64,000 nucleotides of DNA from an uncultured virus (IMG/VR IMGVR_UViG_3300034110_001129) (IMGVR_UViG_3300034110_001129); one strand, 5' to 3'. Shown: positions 39,276 to 50,340, numbered from the stretch's first letter. A program made the numbers and translations. Notes: a model not told the origin generated them from the letters alone.

Positions 39276-39614
39276 TTATTTGATATTTGAAAGACGAATA
39301 TTGAATCCAGAATTAGACACAAGATACACATAGAAATCTTCATTAAAGGAATGTACAAGATTTTCTAGACACTCCTGCCACTGCTTCAATGTCATTTCAG
39401 CATTATCTTCAATGTAATATTGGTCAACAAATTCAGGAATGAGACTAGGAGCTAAACGGAATAAGACAAAGGTGTCAGACTCGAAATAAAGAACCATATC
39501 ATCACCATGAAGGTGTCTCAATGATTTAATATTAGCCAACCATGTGGAAAGTTTAACAACATCACCAGAAATGATGTTTTGGGGTATTGATTCTCTAATT
39601 GAATGCATTCTCAT
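39276..39614 (-). CDS. Hypothetical protein
   Basis: 112 aa from the ATG after AGGAGA. Confidence 0.65.
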   Translation of the reverse strand: MRMHSIRESIPQNIISGDVVKLSTWLANIKSLRHLHGDDMVLYFESDTFVLFRLAPSLIPEFVDQYYIEDNAEMTLKQWQECLENLVHSFNEDFYVYLVSNSGFNIRLSNIK

Positions 39615-39671
39615 ATGATATCTCCTATAAGAAAAAGATATCACATGAAGAATATTTGTCAAAATATGAGC

Positions 39672-40115
39672 TTAAAGTGGTTCGCCATCCAAAATAAGGG
39701 TGTTACCATTATTAATGGTCATTGTATAAATTTTGGTCAAGTTACAAATAGAATGTGTATAGACACGCATTGTGTTCGGTTCTAATGCTCGCAATTCTTT
39801 TACGAAATTTGTAATATTTGATCCACTAATGAGACTGGAAATGACAATCAACTGATTGTGTTTGGTAATGTTTCTGATAACCAGTTCAATGCCAGTAATT
39901 TCTGGATCATTTTGACCAGGACGAACACAAATAACACCTTCACGGAAAAGGAACTCTACCGAATTGTCGTCTTCCACCATGAATTCCAAACAACGGTCTT
40001 TATTCAAAGATTTAGCTTTATTGATGCAACTTTCTTTTTCAATAAATTTAGACAAGGTGGAATAGTGCTTGGGATAAGCAAAGTTTTTCGCAACCAGAAA
40101 ATTGTTATGCGTCAT
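39672..40115 (-). CDS. Hypothetical protein
   Basis: 147 aa; promoter TTGCAA-N17-TATAAT at 40142-40170. Confidence 0.7.
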   Translation of the reverse strand: MTHNNFLVAKNFAYPKHYSTLSKFIEKESCINKAKSLNKDRCLEFMVEDDNSVEFLFREGVICVRPGQNDPEITGIELVIRNITKHNQLIVISSLISGSNITNFVKELRALEPNTMRVYTHSICNLTKIYTMTINNGNTLILDGEPL

Positions 40116-40159
40116 CTTGAAGCCCTCATTAAATTTAGCAAATTATAGCATTTTAACAC

Positions 40160-40975
40160 CTAAATTGCAATCATTTTTAATAAGTGAACATCGTCTGGTG
40201 TTTGCGGGTGCCCCACTTCTTGCCAGCCTTTATAGTAAAGGTTTAAATAAGTATCTTTCATAAAATTAATTGAATCATCATATGTTTTCAACAATTTGAC
40301 ACCCGGTTGTTTCAAGCCTTTCCCAGTCACCAGCAATTTTAAATCATCAAAAATAATATCCAAATCAAAATTTTTAATAACTGTTGAAGTATCGTTATCG
40401 GCTGATACTTGTCCATGCATCAGATTTTTTTTGTCGAAAACAAGAAACAATTTAGGCATAGTGCTAAAAAACATTAATTCATTATCGACAATAGTTACAT
40501 AGGATTCTTGAGAATAAGAATGTGTTTCACTACCTGTTTCATGTTCATAAATGTAATTATTTTTCTGGATGATGTATTCAATATCATTGATGTTCAGTAA
40601 ATAATAACGACTCGTAACCTTAGTCAACACTGGTTTAAAGGTGGCAATATCCAAGAAATGAACAAACGTCAAAAGTTCAGATAAAAAAAGTTCACCTGTT
40701 CCAATGATGAGTTCAATTTTTTTATCCATGATTTTCTTTGATAGATCATTGTAACCAACCAACATGTCTCGATTATATAAACCAAAAACAGCAAGGAAAG
40801 TATGCGTCTTCTTATCGAGAATAAAATAATAATCTTTTTTAATTGAGGACTTCAACGTGTATAGACTAGAAGATTTAACCCCAAGTAAAAAGGACAACAT
40901 TTTTCGTTTAAGAATACAGGACAGATAGTCCAAAGTCTTGGCTATCCATCCTTTTTTGGAGTCGTTCGCATTCAT
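40160..40975 (-). CDS. C-terminal MxxI-tag family protein
   Basis: Ends PQTPDDVHLLKMIAI; start overlaps the upstream stop (TGATG). Confidence 0.75.
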   Translation of the reverse strand: MNANDSKKGWIAKTLDYLSCILKRKMLSFLLGVKSSSLYTLKSSIKKDYYFILDKKTHTFLAVFGLYNRDMLVGYNDLSKKIMDKKIELIIGTGELFLSELLTFVHFLDIATFKPVLTKVTSRYYLLNINDIEYIIQKNNYIYEHETGSETHSYSQESYVTIVDNELMFFSTMPKLFLVFDKKNLMHGQVSADNDTSTVIKNFDLDIIFDDLKLLVTGKGLKQPGVKLLKTYDDSINFMKDTYLNLYYKGWQEVGHPQTPDDVHLLKMIAI

Positions 40976-41571
40976 CAGGAATAACTGACTTCGCAAGCTT
41001 TGAGTGCTTCAATCATACTTTGATCAATACAGTCAACCATACCATTTTTTTCGACATCGTAGCCTACAAAACCACTGATAGTTTCTTCAACGTCACCTTC
41101 ATCATCAATAAGTTGCAAGCAATACATATCACCTGACAAGTAAGCATCATAAGCACTCACTTCACCATCGATATGACGTTCAGCCAAGGCTATCATTTTT
41201 TCTTTGACTTTCTTGCCCATACGCTTAATACCAAATTCAGATTTGACATCAGCAGTGAACACAAGAATTTCACCGACTTGACCACTGTCCCATTGGCAAG
41301 AGAATGGTGTGGTTGCCATTGTGATGCCACTGTGGTCATACAAATACAGTGGTTTACTGGCGAAAATAAGGTTAGATTTATAAGCAAGGTTAATCAGTTC
41401 ACCCAGCGAATACTCACGAGCAGAAACATCCAGTTTACGTGCAAGGATTTCTTTAGCTTTAATGTCACCCAAGTTGTAACGACCATGTTCACAAGCCATC
41501 AAACAAAAATTCTCGCAGTCAGTACGTGGGTTGGATGGGTCGCTATCTGGAACAATGCGTAGTGTGGTCAT
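40975..41571 (-). CDS. Conserved-looking phage/plasmid hypothetical protein
   Basis: PLYLYDHSGITMATTPFSCQWDSGQVG; promoter TTGCCT-N17-TATAAT at 41605-41633. Confidence 0.75.
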   Translation of the reverse strand: MTTLRIVPDSDPSNPRTDCENFCLMACEHGRYNLGDIKAKEILARKLDVSAREYSLGELINLAYKSNLIFASKPLYLYDHSGITMATTPFSCQWDSGQVGEILVFTADVKSEFGIKRMGKKVKEKMIALAERHIDGEVSAYDAYLSGDMYCLQLIDDEGDVEETISGFVGYDVEKNGMVDCIDQSMIEALKACEVSYS

Positions 41572-41664
41572 GGAATAAATCCTCTGTGCTGTTAATGTGG
41601 GGTAATTATAGCAAATAACAAAGATTTAGGCAACAAAAAAGCCCCGGATGGGGCTTCTTTTTCG

Positions 41665-42327
41665 TTAAAAGACGTAGTTTCTATTTGAACTGAGGAACAA
41701 ATGGTTACCAACCTTAGCAACCTGCCCCATTTCAGCAACCCAGTGTGGTGTTTTGGACACTTTATCTGGATTGTAATAGTGGTCCGCATTTTTAACGTAT
41801 TTCGGGTATTTATTTTTCATTACACCATAAGCGTATTCAAGAGCTTTTGTGTAAGCCGCACCATTTTTAAATGATTTCTGGATAATACCTTGCTCAATTT
41901 CACACACATAAGAAAAGTGGCAAATACCTTTGTCGTTCTTCTGGTGAACTACACCATAAACACTGTTAGGAAACCCAGCCCGTTTAGTGCGTTCCAAAAT
42001 CACTTGACCCACCGAGATTTGACCTTTTTGGTTTTCTCCACGAGCTTCAAAGTAAATAGCTTCTGCCATAATCCTACAATTTGTATCTAATTTACATGAA
42101 GCAATATTTTTCTTACGATTGAATTCAGCGAGTGCAATCCTTCGTTTTTCTTTGTTTTTAACAAGAGAAACAATGTAGCTTTCATCAATGTCAAGATTTT
42201 TAATATGTACAACACCGCCATTTTGTTTCCGAAACTCACTACGAGAATGAGCGTCATAAGCTTGCGAAGCAAAGCAAGCAGTTCCAGCAAGAGCAAAAGA
42301 TAAAGCAAAAAAATCTATTGATTTCAT
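41665..42327 (-). CDS. Cell wall hydrolase (SleB/Hydrolase_2 family)
   Basis: Signal peptide; MAEAIYFEARGE..KGQ.SVG.VI, FPNSVYGVV, HFS, ADHYYNP, VGNHLF. Confidence 0.9.
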   Translation of the reverse strand: MKSIDFFALSFALAGTACFASQAYDAHSRSEFRKQNGGVVHIKNLDIDESYIVSLVKNKEKRRIALAEFNRKKNIASCKLDTNCRIMAEAIYFEARGENQKGQISVGQVILERTKRAGFPNSVYGVVHQKNDKGICHFSYVCEIEQGIIQKSFKNGAAYTKALEYAYGVMKNKYPKYVKNADHYYNPDKVSKTPHWVAEMGQVAKVGNHLFLSSNRNYVF

Positions 42328-42480
42328 CTGTTTACGTTCCTTTGTTTTGAAAGAACGCGAAGTATATCAAAAAGTTTAACTGATGGCAAGCATTTTAATA
42401 TTAAATGTAAAACGAGTTGATTTTTTTATTAGATTAACTATTATATTAACAATATTAAAATAAAAGAGGAATGTTAAATT

Positions 42481-42966
42481 ATGAAAAAGATTAGTTCAAT
42501 GACTAAGATAGCCATGTTATCTATTGTAGCTGCAGCATCTGGCATTGTGTGTGCTTCCGAAATTATAGAGCACGAACATAAAGAAATGTTGACGCAATAT
42601 TCTTCACCCTACGCAAACGAATACAATAAAGTGAATGCTGAAATGCACAAGGGCATGAATGTCTATGACAAAGGCGATCCAGATGTGTATTTTGTTGAAT
42701 CTATGCTTGCACACCACATTGGTGCAGTCAGAATGGCAGAAGTGCAATTGAAGTATGGAACTGATGAAGAAATGAGAGAATTAGCCAGTGATATTATTGC
42801 AGCTCAAGACATTGAAATTAAAATGATGAAACAATGGCTAAAAGATCATCCAGCCGAACCGATTAAAGGTGTTCCAGTAAAAAGAACGATGGACATGGGC
42901 ACCGGAGATCCACAACCTATTCCAAGATACCCAGATATACCAACAAACGTTCATAAAAATCATTAA
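42481..42966 (+). CDS. DUF305 (CopM-like) periplasmic protein
   Basis: Signal peptide; GDPDVYFVESMLAHHIGAVRMA, LASDIIAAQDIEIKMMKQWL. Confidence 0.85.
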   Translation: MKKISSMTKIAMLSIVAAASGIVCASEIIEHEHKEMLTQYSSPYANEYNKVNAEMHKGMNVYDKGDPDVYFVESMLAHHIGAVRMAEVQLKYGTDEEMRELASDIIAAQDIEIKMMKQWLKDHPAEPIKGVPVKRTMDMGTGDPQPIPRYPDIPTNVHKNH

Positions 42967-42987
42967 TAAGACGGCGAAAGCCGTTTT

Positions 42988-43911
42988 TTAATAGATAGCC
43001 ATTTTAAACAATTCCATTTCATCCTCAGAAATCAGACTACGATCTTCTATCGTGATTCCACATTGTTCACAATGAGTAACAAAAGCTTCACTGGCTTTCA
43101 TTTTAATCAAATCATACATAATTTCTTCAAGATATTGATGAATGGTTCTTGATGACGACTGTTTAATTTCAGTAACCTTACAACCAGTATGATAATTGAT
43201 AGATGTTCTTTCAATCTTATGCTCTTCAATAAAATGAACCATGTGCATACACTTCAAATCAAAATAAATCAAACAAAATTTATCTTCTTTTTCGACAAAA
43301 AAAGGTCTAAGTAGATCAGAATTTGTATCTAAAAAGTGAATGTTTTGCAATGATTTTTTTGGTATATATTCAGCTTGTATTTTTTCGTAAATAACACCAT
43401 CAATCACAGTAATATGTCTGGATGTATAAGCAGGGTGGTTAATGCCTCTCATGGTCAACCTATAATCCAGCATACCAATGGACGTATAGTGTTTTTCAAA
43501 AAAGAAATTCAATAAATCATCCGATGTATATTTTGAAGTCATAGAGCGAGCCAATCGCAAGAAAGCTGAAGGCTTACAACGAGTGAAAGGTGTATCTGAT
43601 AGAATTTGTGAAAGCGTCGTTTTAATATTCATTCTAGCCATGATAGCTTCACCGCTAATCATACTATGCTCTTTGCGAGTCAGCAGTTTTGCAGCACTTG
43701 AATACTTAAAAACAGAAATACAGTAGCCTTTATAAAAAACACGCACATTAAAAAAATTATGAAATTGTTTCATCTCATAAAACAATCCATTTGTGAGCAT
43801 AGCATAATAAGAACCATTCAGTTCTCTCACTTCGCCACACTCTTCAATAATCATAGATTTAGCTTGATAGAATTTTAGCTTAAACCATAAGTTTTTAAAA
43901 AAATGAATCAT
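42988..43911 (-). CDS. C-terminal MxxY-tag family protein
   Basis: Ends ASEAFVTHCEQCGITIEDRSLISEDEMELFKMAIY. Confidence 0.8.
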   Translation of the reverse strand: MIHFFKNLWFKLKFYQAKSMIIEECGEVRELNGSYYAMLTNGLFYEMKQFHNFFNVRVFYKGYCISVFKYSSAAKLLTRKEHSMISGEAIMARMNIKTTLSQILSDTPFTRCKPSAFLRLARSMTSKYTSDDLLNFFFEKHYTSIGMLDYRLTMRGINHPAYTSRHITVIDGVIYEKIQAEYIPKKSLQNIHFLDTNSDLLRPFFVEKEDKFCLIYFDLKCMHMVHFIEEHKIERTSINYHTGCKVTEIKQSSSRTIHQYLEEIMYDLIKMKASEAFVTHCEQCGITIEDRSLISEDEMELFKMAIY

Positions 43912-43919
43912 GATAATCC

Positions 43920-45059
43920 TCAATAATCGTACATTTTTAAGACTTCTATTGTATCACAATCAATAGGTGCTTTGCAATCTTCAAAACCTAACGTATGCAA
44001 ATGATGCAATAGCTTTCTTGAAGGTGAACGAGCACACAGTTTGAAAACATTTGTAGATAAATTATTGAGAATAGAACTAAAAAAAACATTTATTTCAGGT
44101 TTAGTAAGCTTCTCATAAAAACCAGAAACATCATGAAAAGCTGTTCTGGATATATTGATATTGACTTTGGATGACCGATATCCATCTATATACTGTAATT
44201 CAAAATTGTTTTTATCTTTTTTTATCACACAAGGACTATTCTTATGAAACAGTAAAGGCGTTTTAAAAATATCAATGTAAGCATCCAAATAGCGAAGTGT
44301 TCGAATGATAATATGATCAAGTTCTTTTCGGTCTATATACAGTAGCCATTCTTTATTCAGACCGAGATCAACAATATCAAATACATTTTTTAAAACACAA
44401 ACAATACTATTAATATCATAAACAGTCAAAATATCCACAACAGTATCAGAATTTATACAAGATAAAGTAAACTTGAAAACATGTCGAGAAATTTTTTTCT
44501 TTCTAATAGTAACAATTTTATATTCTACCTCTCCGATAAAAAAACAATGTTCATTATCAAATTTAAATTTAATAGCATGACCAAAATTGTTAGCTCGCCA
44601 TAAGATATCATATAATTGCTCTTGTTGAGTTGTTAAACTATATTCATAGGCGTCCCTATCAAGAGACTTCCTATCTAGAAAAACAGGATGAATAAATTCA
44701 AGTATATTATTATCTAGGCTTTTTCTCATAAACATTCGTGAAGACATAACAGACGGAACATCCATTTCATGTATCATGAAAACAGGATTTTCTTTACAAT
44801 GTTCAATAATGAATTGTTCACGATTAATATTAACATCATAAGCAATAGCAAAGTTAATTAAAGGTTCAGATGAATGACAACTTCTAACGTTAAAAATTAA
44901 AAATGGTCCATTGTTGTATTCATACGTTTTAATTGTTGCCTTGACTGCTTTATTTGTGAAGAAGTACTCCTTATCGGATATCTTGAAAATATCCGATCTA
45001 TCATCTGTATAAATACATCTTCGAACAATATAATTTTTTAAGTGTTGTAGTAATCCCAT
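43920..45059 (-). CDS. C-terminal MxxY-tag family protein
   Basis: Ends PSRKLLHHLHTLGFEDCKAPIDCDTIEVLKMYDY; start after GAGG. Confidence 0.8.
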   Translation of the reverse strand: MGLLQHLKNYIVRRCIYTDDRSDIFKISDKEYFFTNKAVKATIKTYEYNNGPFLIFNVRSCHSSEPLINFAIAYDVNINREQFIIEHCKENPVFMIHEMDVPSVMSSRMFMRKSLDNNILEFIHPVFLDRKSLDRDAYEYSLTTQQEQLYDILWRANNFGHAIKFKFDNEHCFFIGEVEYKIVTIRKKKISRHVFKFTLSCINSDTVVDILTVYDINSIVCVLKNVFDIVDLGLNKEWLLYIDRKELDHIIIRTLRYLDAYIDIFKTPLLFHKNSPCVIKKDKNNFELQYIDGYRSSKVNINISRTAFHDVSGFYEKLTKPEINVFFSSILNNLSTNVFKLCARSPSRKLLHHLHTLGFEDCKAPIDCDTIEVLKMYDY

Positions 45060-45066
45060 TACGACC

Positions 45067-46197
45067 TCAGTAAGTATACATATCAATAGTTTCTAAAATA
45101 TCCATATTCAATTCATCAACGTTTAAACCTAAGTCGGCTACGGTATCTTTTAATTGATAGGAAGGATGTAGTAAAGCAAGCCTCTTTTTCTTGGCATAGA
45201 CCTTATCAACAACCAGTTGATCAAAATGTTTAATTTCATCTAAATCATACGTTGTCGATTTAATTAACTTATTGTCTTCAATGACAGCAGTTACAGTCAA
45301 AAAGGCTTCTTGTGAATACTCATTAGGGTTTATATTTTGTTGCAATGTTTGATATTTCTTTCTTTGAAATTCCGATTGAGTTAAATTTTCCATATAGGTT
45401 AACTTATGGTGTCCATTTTCGAATGTCACATTGACATAATATTTTTTATACTTCAGCACTTTAATGGATCTCATTTCACACCAACTTTGAATAGCATTGA
45501 CTGAATTGGTTAAACATCCTTTAATACCATAATAATGGGTATTACGAACATTGTTTTGAAGATCCTTTGACAAAACAGAATGATGTTTACTGTTAACAAA
45601 ATCATAAAAAGAACCAAACGCCAAAGTCAGATCGCCAGCTTTATAAAAATGAATTTTTTTCAATGGTTTCATTTCTTCGTTTTTGAAGATTTGTGTATAA
45701 CGGAAAACATTGTTAACAACTTTTTTTCTTGTAAACGAAACATAATAGTAAATTCTATTATAAATTGAACCGTTGTGTTGTTCTGCAATCACTTTATACC
45801 GTGGCAAACCAGAAAATCCATAGTTTTCAGCTTCATCAACAACGGATTGTTTAACATTTTCGGATGTTACATTATTCAAGAAAGGTGAAAAGTCTTTGTG
45901 AATAGAATGTAAATGAGTCTTGCTCACCAAATAAAAGATATTGTTGACCGTTTGTTCAATAATAAAACTTTCGATATTTTGTTCATCATTCTCTTTGACA
46001 TGAATAAAACGCCCCATTGTTTCATATTTATTCTTTTTAACTGAAACAATTAACTTGTTTTTATTATCGGAACACGTAATGAAACCATAGGTTCCATTTT
46101 TAGTTCTAACAACATAGTTGTCACGATCAATTTTGTTAATGGTGATATTATTGTCAGTATATAGTACAACTATTTCTTTATTTTTATGTGAGTGCAT
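45067..46197 (-). CDS. C-terminal MxxY-tag family protein
   Basis: Ends PSYQLKDTVADLGLNVDELNMDILETIDMYTY. Confidence 0.8.
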   Translation of the reverse strand: MHSHKNKEIVVLYTDNNITINKIDRDNYVVRTKNGTYGFITCSDNKNKLIVSVKKNKYETMGRFIHVKENDEQNIESFIIEQTVNNIFYLVSKTHLHSIHKDFSPFLNNVTSENVKQSVVDEAENYGFSGLPRYKVIAEQHNGSIYNRIYYYVSFTRKKVVNNVFRYTQIFKNEEMKPLKKIHFYKAGDLTLAFGSFYDFVNSKHHSVLSKDLQNNVRNTHYYGIKGCLTNSVNAIQSWCEMRSIKVLKYKKYYVNVTFENGHHKLTYMENLTQSEFQRKKYQTLQQNINPNEYSQEAFLTVTAVIEDNKLIKSTTYDLDEIKHFDQLVVDKVYAKKKRLALLHPSYQLKDTVADLGLNVDELNMDILETIDMYTY

Positions 46198-46212
46198 ATA
46201 AACTCCTTAAAG

Positions 46213-47274
46213 TTAAATGTCCATCATTTCGTACAACAACCACTGATCATCAGTAATGCCTTTCTGTCGAACATTGCCAACACCTTCTATGCCTAAATCT
46301 TCTAAATGTTTACAGAATTTAGAAGACGGTTTTCTTTTTTGTAGTGTGAGCATAACTTCTTTTAGCTTTGTCACAAATGCTTTTTCTAATCCATCATCTG
46401 AATGATATGGATAATTAATAGTATCATGATAACCAAGACGACCTTTTCGATACTCTTTATATGAAATGAATCCATAATTAAACATAAAGTAATATTGTTC
46501 ATCATCAGCTTCAATAACAAACCCTTTACTATTCTCTACAATAGGTTTTGAATAAGGAGCCAACTTTCTTAATTGTTTTGGATTGGATAATGGATATAAC
46601 GTGTAGTAATTTAAAGACGATGTATAACTATCCATTTGGCTAATTTTATTAACATGTGATTTCTCAATAACATCACTAAAAAATTCTGATGAACGATAAC
46701 TAAGTGAAAAGTGAGATATACCTGAGAAATATTCACTGAACTGTTTAATTAAATAAATCGTTTCATATTTACTAAAATCTTTTTGATCTTTGTAATATTT
46801 AATAGTGAAATGATAGAAATCTTTATAATCTAAACCAGATTTAATAGTTGTCCTAAACACCATTGCTGGAAGAGTGTCCAGTGCTGTTACTTCTTTTTCT
46901 TGAAATATAGGATGCAATAAGTCTGGAATAGTCTTTTTTATGCACTCTAAAAGATAATCCATATCGGCTGATTTTGTATAGGTAATGGGATTATGTAGGA
47001 CTATGTAGACATAACTGTCACTAATAGTGTTATAATTCATAATAAGCTTATCAAAACGATAAACATAGACGGCATACAAAGCCCCAGTTGCTCCACTATC
47101 ACCATGCCTGAAAATTTTAAAAGAAATACCATTTTTTAAAGGACAATAATACCCTTTTTTTTCATTTCCATAGAATAATTTCTCAGGATAACTGCTAATA
47201 GGTTTATAAATAGCCTTCCAAAGATAAGGAAACCAGCGGGAAAATAATAATGGATGGTGATGTGGACTGTGCAT
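46213..47274 (-). CDS. C-terminal MxxI-tag family protein
   Basis: Ends PSSKFCKHLEDLGIEGVGNVRQKGITDDQWLLYEMMDI. Confidence 0.8.
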   Translation of the reverse strand: MHSPHHHPLLFSRWFPYLWKAIYKPISSYPEKLFYGNEKKGYYCPLKNGISFKIFRHGDSGATGALYAVYVYRFDKLIMNYNTISDSYVYIVLHNPITYTKSADMDYLLECIKKTIPDLLHPIFQEKEVTALDTLPAMVFRTTIKSGLDYKDFYHFTIKYYKDQKDFSKYETIYLIKQFSEYFSGISHFSLSYRSSEFFSDVIEKSHVNKISQMDSYTSSLNYYTLYPLSNPKQLRKLAPYSKPIVENSKGFVIEADDEQYYFMFNYGFISYKEYRKGRLGYHDTINYPYHSDDGLEKAFVTKLKEVMLTLQKRKPSSKFCKHLEDLGIEGVGNVRQKGITDDQWLLYEMMDI

Positions 47275-47398
47275 TATTTGATAATTCCTTAAATAGCAGC
47301 CATATGAAAAGTTTAACTAAGTATATCATTCTTGAAACACATATACAATCAAAAAATTGTATCTAACTTTAGATATTATAATGATTAAAAAATTAAAG

Positions 47399-48007
47399 TT
47401 AGATAGTGATCATCTCTGAAATTTTTTTCATATCATTGATTGCAACAGGATTATCACGAACACCAAATAATTCAGAAATAGTATAATTATCAAAAAGAGA
47501 ACTATAATTGATTAAAAAATCTAGCAAATAAGCGACTTCTTTATCAAAAGCTTTTGACATGATTTTTTTAGAAACAAGGGGATAGCTCTCAATAATAGAT
47601 CGTTCTTCGACATAACTGACATAGATACCTTCTTTGTTTACCACAAAGGCTAACGTATGTTCTTTTTTTCTGGGACAAATATAGATTTCTGTACGTTGAT
47701 AATTAAGCCGAGAATCAAAGACCATCTTAGACTGATAGGTTAACGAACGGATGTGTTTTTGAAAAGGATGAATTTTCAGGTTAACAGTCAGATTGAATTC
47801 TTTATCGATATCTGAGTAGGTAGCTATAAAATGAGAGTGCTCATTACCATTTTCATCAAAAATTAAAAAAACGTCTTCTTCATTATCCAATGTAATTGAA
47901 TACAATAATTTCTGGTTAATGCTGAATACTCTTTTAAAAATATCCAAAACATGTTGACTGTTTTCATTCACAAAAAAAACGGCCTCATTTGCATATTGAT
48001 TGGTCAT
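47399..48007 (-). CDS. C-terminal MxxI-tag family protein
   Basis: Ends AINDMKKISEMITI; promoter TTGTTT-N17-TATAAT at 48033-48061. Confidence 0.75.
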   Translation of the reverse strand: MTNQYANEAVFFVNENSQHVLDIFKRVFSINQKLLYSITLDNEEDVFLIFDENGNEHSHFIATYSDIDKEFNLTVNLKIHPFQKHIRSLTYQSKMVFDSRLNYQRTEIYICPRKKEHTLAFVVNKEGIYVSYVEERSIIESYPLVSKKIMSKAFDKEVAYLLDFLINYSSLFDNYTISELFGVRDNPVAINDMKKISEMITI

Positions 48008-48113
48008 AGTTAAGTCCTAAAAAATTTAGATAATTATAGCATTTATTTAACTATTAAACAACAAAAAACGCCATGCTCGCAAAAATATGGTGTTGGTGTA
48101 AATCAATTTTCCA

Positions 48114-49379
48114 TTAAAATGGAATATCATCAAATGGATCAGGGTCAAACTTTGGAGCAGGTGATGGAACTGATGAAGAAACGGTTGGTGCAACTGATTT
48201 TTCAACCACTACCTTTTCTTTGATTTCAGGTGGAAGCTCACGCTTGCCTTCATACAACTCAATGGTGGCAATGATTTTTTCAAGAGCACGGCGTGGCTTA
48301 CCACGAAGCTGACCTTTGTTTTCATCATAGAACTTCAAAATTTCATTGGTCAGGTTAAACGATTTGAAGTCAGAAACGTTTTTATCAGTAATTTCTTTAT
48401 TAAGCAAGTTGTAATAACCTTGTTTAACCACAACTGGAACCAAGCCTGCATCAACTGCTTTAACAGTTTGAACACGTTTTTGAGCTTCATTCATGTTCGC
48501 ATTAATCGGATAAGCTTTCAGACCATGACTTTTGACAAAGTTTTCGCTGACCACATCACGAATGTCACCGCTCAATGCTTCTGAACGAGAACCCCGGCTA
48601 CCATAGCTTGTTTCAACCGTAAAATAATCAGAAACATCTTCTGCACCGTCTTCTGCCAATTCAGCCAGCAATTCATAACTACCTGCAGTTGCCATCATAC
48701 GAGTAGCTTCAAGAGAAAGGTGGAAATCACTTACAGATTGACGGTCACGGTCAAGGTGAAGAATATTAGGAGCAAAGTTGTAGCTGAGCATGAATTTCTT
48801 GCCCAAATCACAAACATACAGACTACCAACATAAAGTTTAGAAACTTCACCACGTTGGGTAGACCAGCAGAAAGAGCCATTGTGTTCGGCTTCAATAAGG
48901 TCAGTATCGAAGTTGTGCAGTGTTTTGGATTGAATTTCAGCAATTTCAGCAGCAGACAAATTACCAACCGTAAAGGTTACAGTATCTGCATCACCTTCAA
49001 CAGCCCCTTCAAAAATAGAAAGAGCCAAGCATTCATGGTTCAGGTCAGGGTGATGACTAAAATGAGGTGTCCAGAGATCTTTACCATTCTTGATAGAAAT
49101 AGACTTACCTTCACGAAGCATAACCAGCATAGCCAGTTTAAAACCTTCACCGTAAGTGCCGATAGACGAATCATCATCACGTTTACTAGAAACCCCAAGC
49201 AACAGGTTGCGACGATCAAGGGCACCCGCGTGAGTCGTGATAGTCACTTCATTTTCGGTGTAGGTGATTTTATACTTTTTAGTGTCCAAAGCGTTCTGGA
49301 TAAGTTCACGAGCAGATTCCCACACACCCCATTTAACAACATAATCGCGGGAGATGGTTAGATGGATAGTGTTTGACAT
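48114..49379 (-). CDS. GHKL (HATPase_c-like) ATPase-domain protein with SSB-like C-terminal tail
   Basis: RELIQNALD, GVSSKRDD...IGTYGEGFKLA; Pro/Ser linker then DPDPFDDIPF. Confidence 0.75.
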   Translation of the reverse strand: MSNTIHLTISRDYVVKWGVWESARELIQNALDTKKYKITYTENEVTITTHAGALDRRNLLLGVSSKRDDDSSIGTYGEGFKLAMLVMLREGKSISIKNGKDLWTPHFSHHPDLNHECLALSIFEGAVEGDADTVTFTVGNLSAAEIAEIQSKTLHNFDTDLIEAEHNGSFCWSTQRGEVSKLYVGSLYVCDLGKKFMLSYNFAPNILHLDRDRQSVSDFHLSLEATRMMATAGSYELLAELAEDGAEDVSDYFTVETSYGSRGSRSEALSGDIRDVVSENFVKSHGLKAYPINANMNEAQKRVQTVKAVDAGLVPVVVKQGYYNLLNKEITDKNVSDFKSFNLTNEILKFYDENKGQLRGKPRRALEKIIATIELYEGKRELPPEIKEKVVVEKSVAPTVSSSVPSPAPKFDPDPFDDIPF

Positions 49380-49452
49380 GGGTTGTTGCTCCTATGAGTT
49401 AAGATGAATGGATTATACACAAGCCAAGATAGTTCGTCAATCAGTTTTGTGG

Positions 49453-50340
49453 TTAAATAGTAGCCATATCAAAAAGATGAAGAAATGATTTCCAATCTTG
49501 ATGTGGATCAATCCCAAAGTCAGTAATCACTTTATTCATTCCATTCACCATGTAATCATCTGAAAGAATGTGGGCCATTGTAATTTCAAAAGATTTATCA
49601 CAAAATTCATCAAGTGTCTTAATATCTGAAATATCAAATTCGTCTGTATTTTCAGTATCATCTAGATTTTTCTTAGTGAAAAAATACTTGAGATTATTCT
49701 CATCAGAATTAAAGACAAAGAACAAGCTAGCATAATAGCCAGAAGCATAAAAATAAGCATCATTGTCTGATAATGAATAATACAGCTCAATAAATTTTAA
49801 ATATGAATAATGATTAAGAGCCTTATTGAGACTCATATTTCTACGATAAAGCGAACATTCATCAAAGTAAAATTTATCATTAAATTTTTTAATGATATAT
49901 TCATCAACGCATGGGTTTTGGCTTTTACAACGAATATAATAAGTATAGCAATCATTGTTAAAGCGGGTAATAGTAAATGAATGGTCAGTGGATTTTTTTA
50001 TCATAGGGATAAGTGTATCAAGCTCACGTTCATCCAGTTGAAACAAAATATTTACTGATAAATTATCAATAAGTGAATAAGTGTTCGAATTTCCACGAAG
50101 TTTCATATTCAAATCATAAGAATAACTAAACAAAAATTCATCATTTCTAAAAATAGAAACATCAAAAAAGCTAACATTAACATCATTAATATTATTGCTT
50201 TTGGCAGAATTAAAAACAACCTTAGCGGTAATAGAGTTTTTGCTTTCAATAAAATAATCTGTAACACCAACACAATATCCCGTCACAGAGTAACGATCAC
50301 CATTGTACCCGCCAGCGAATTTTCTTTTGGTTTCACTCAT
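49453..50340 (-). CDS. C-terminal MxxI-tag family protein
   Basis: Ends VITDFGIDPHQDWKSFLHLFDMATI. Confidence 0.8.
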   Translation of the reverse strand: MSETKRKFAGGYNGDRYSVTGYCVGVTDYFIESKNSITAKVVFNSAKSNNINDVNVSFFDVSIFRNDEFLFSYSYDLNMKLRGNSNTYSLIDNLSVNILFQLDERELDTLIPMIKKSTDHSFTITRFNNDCYTYYIRCKSQNPCVDEYIIKKFNDKFYFDECSLYRRNMSLNKALNHYSYLKFIELYYSLSDNDAYFYASGYYASLFFVFNSDENNLKYFFTKKNLDDTENTDEFDISDIKTLDEFCDKSFEITMAHILSDDYMVNGMNKVITDFGIDPHQDWKSFLHLFDMATI

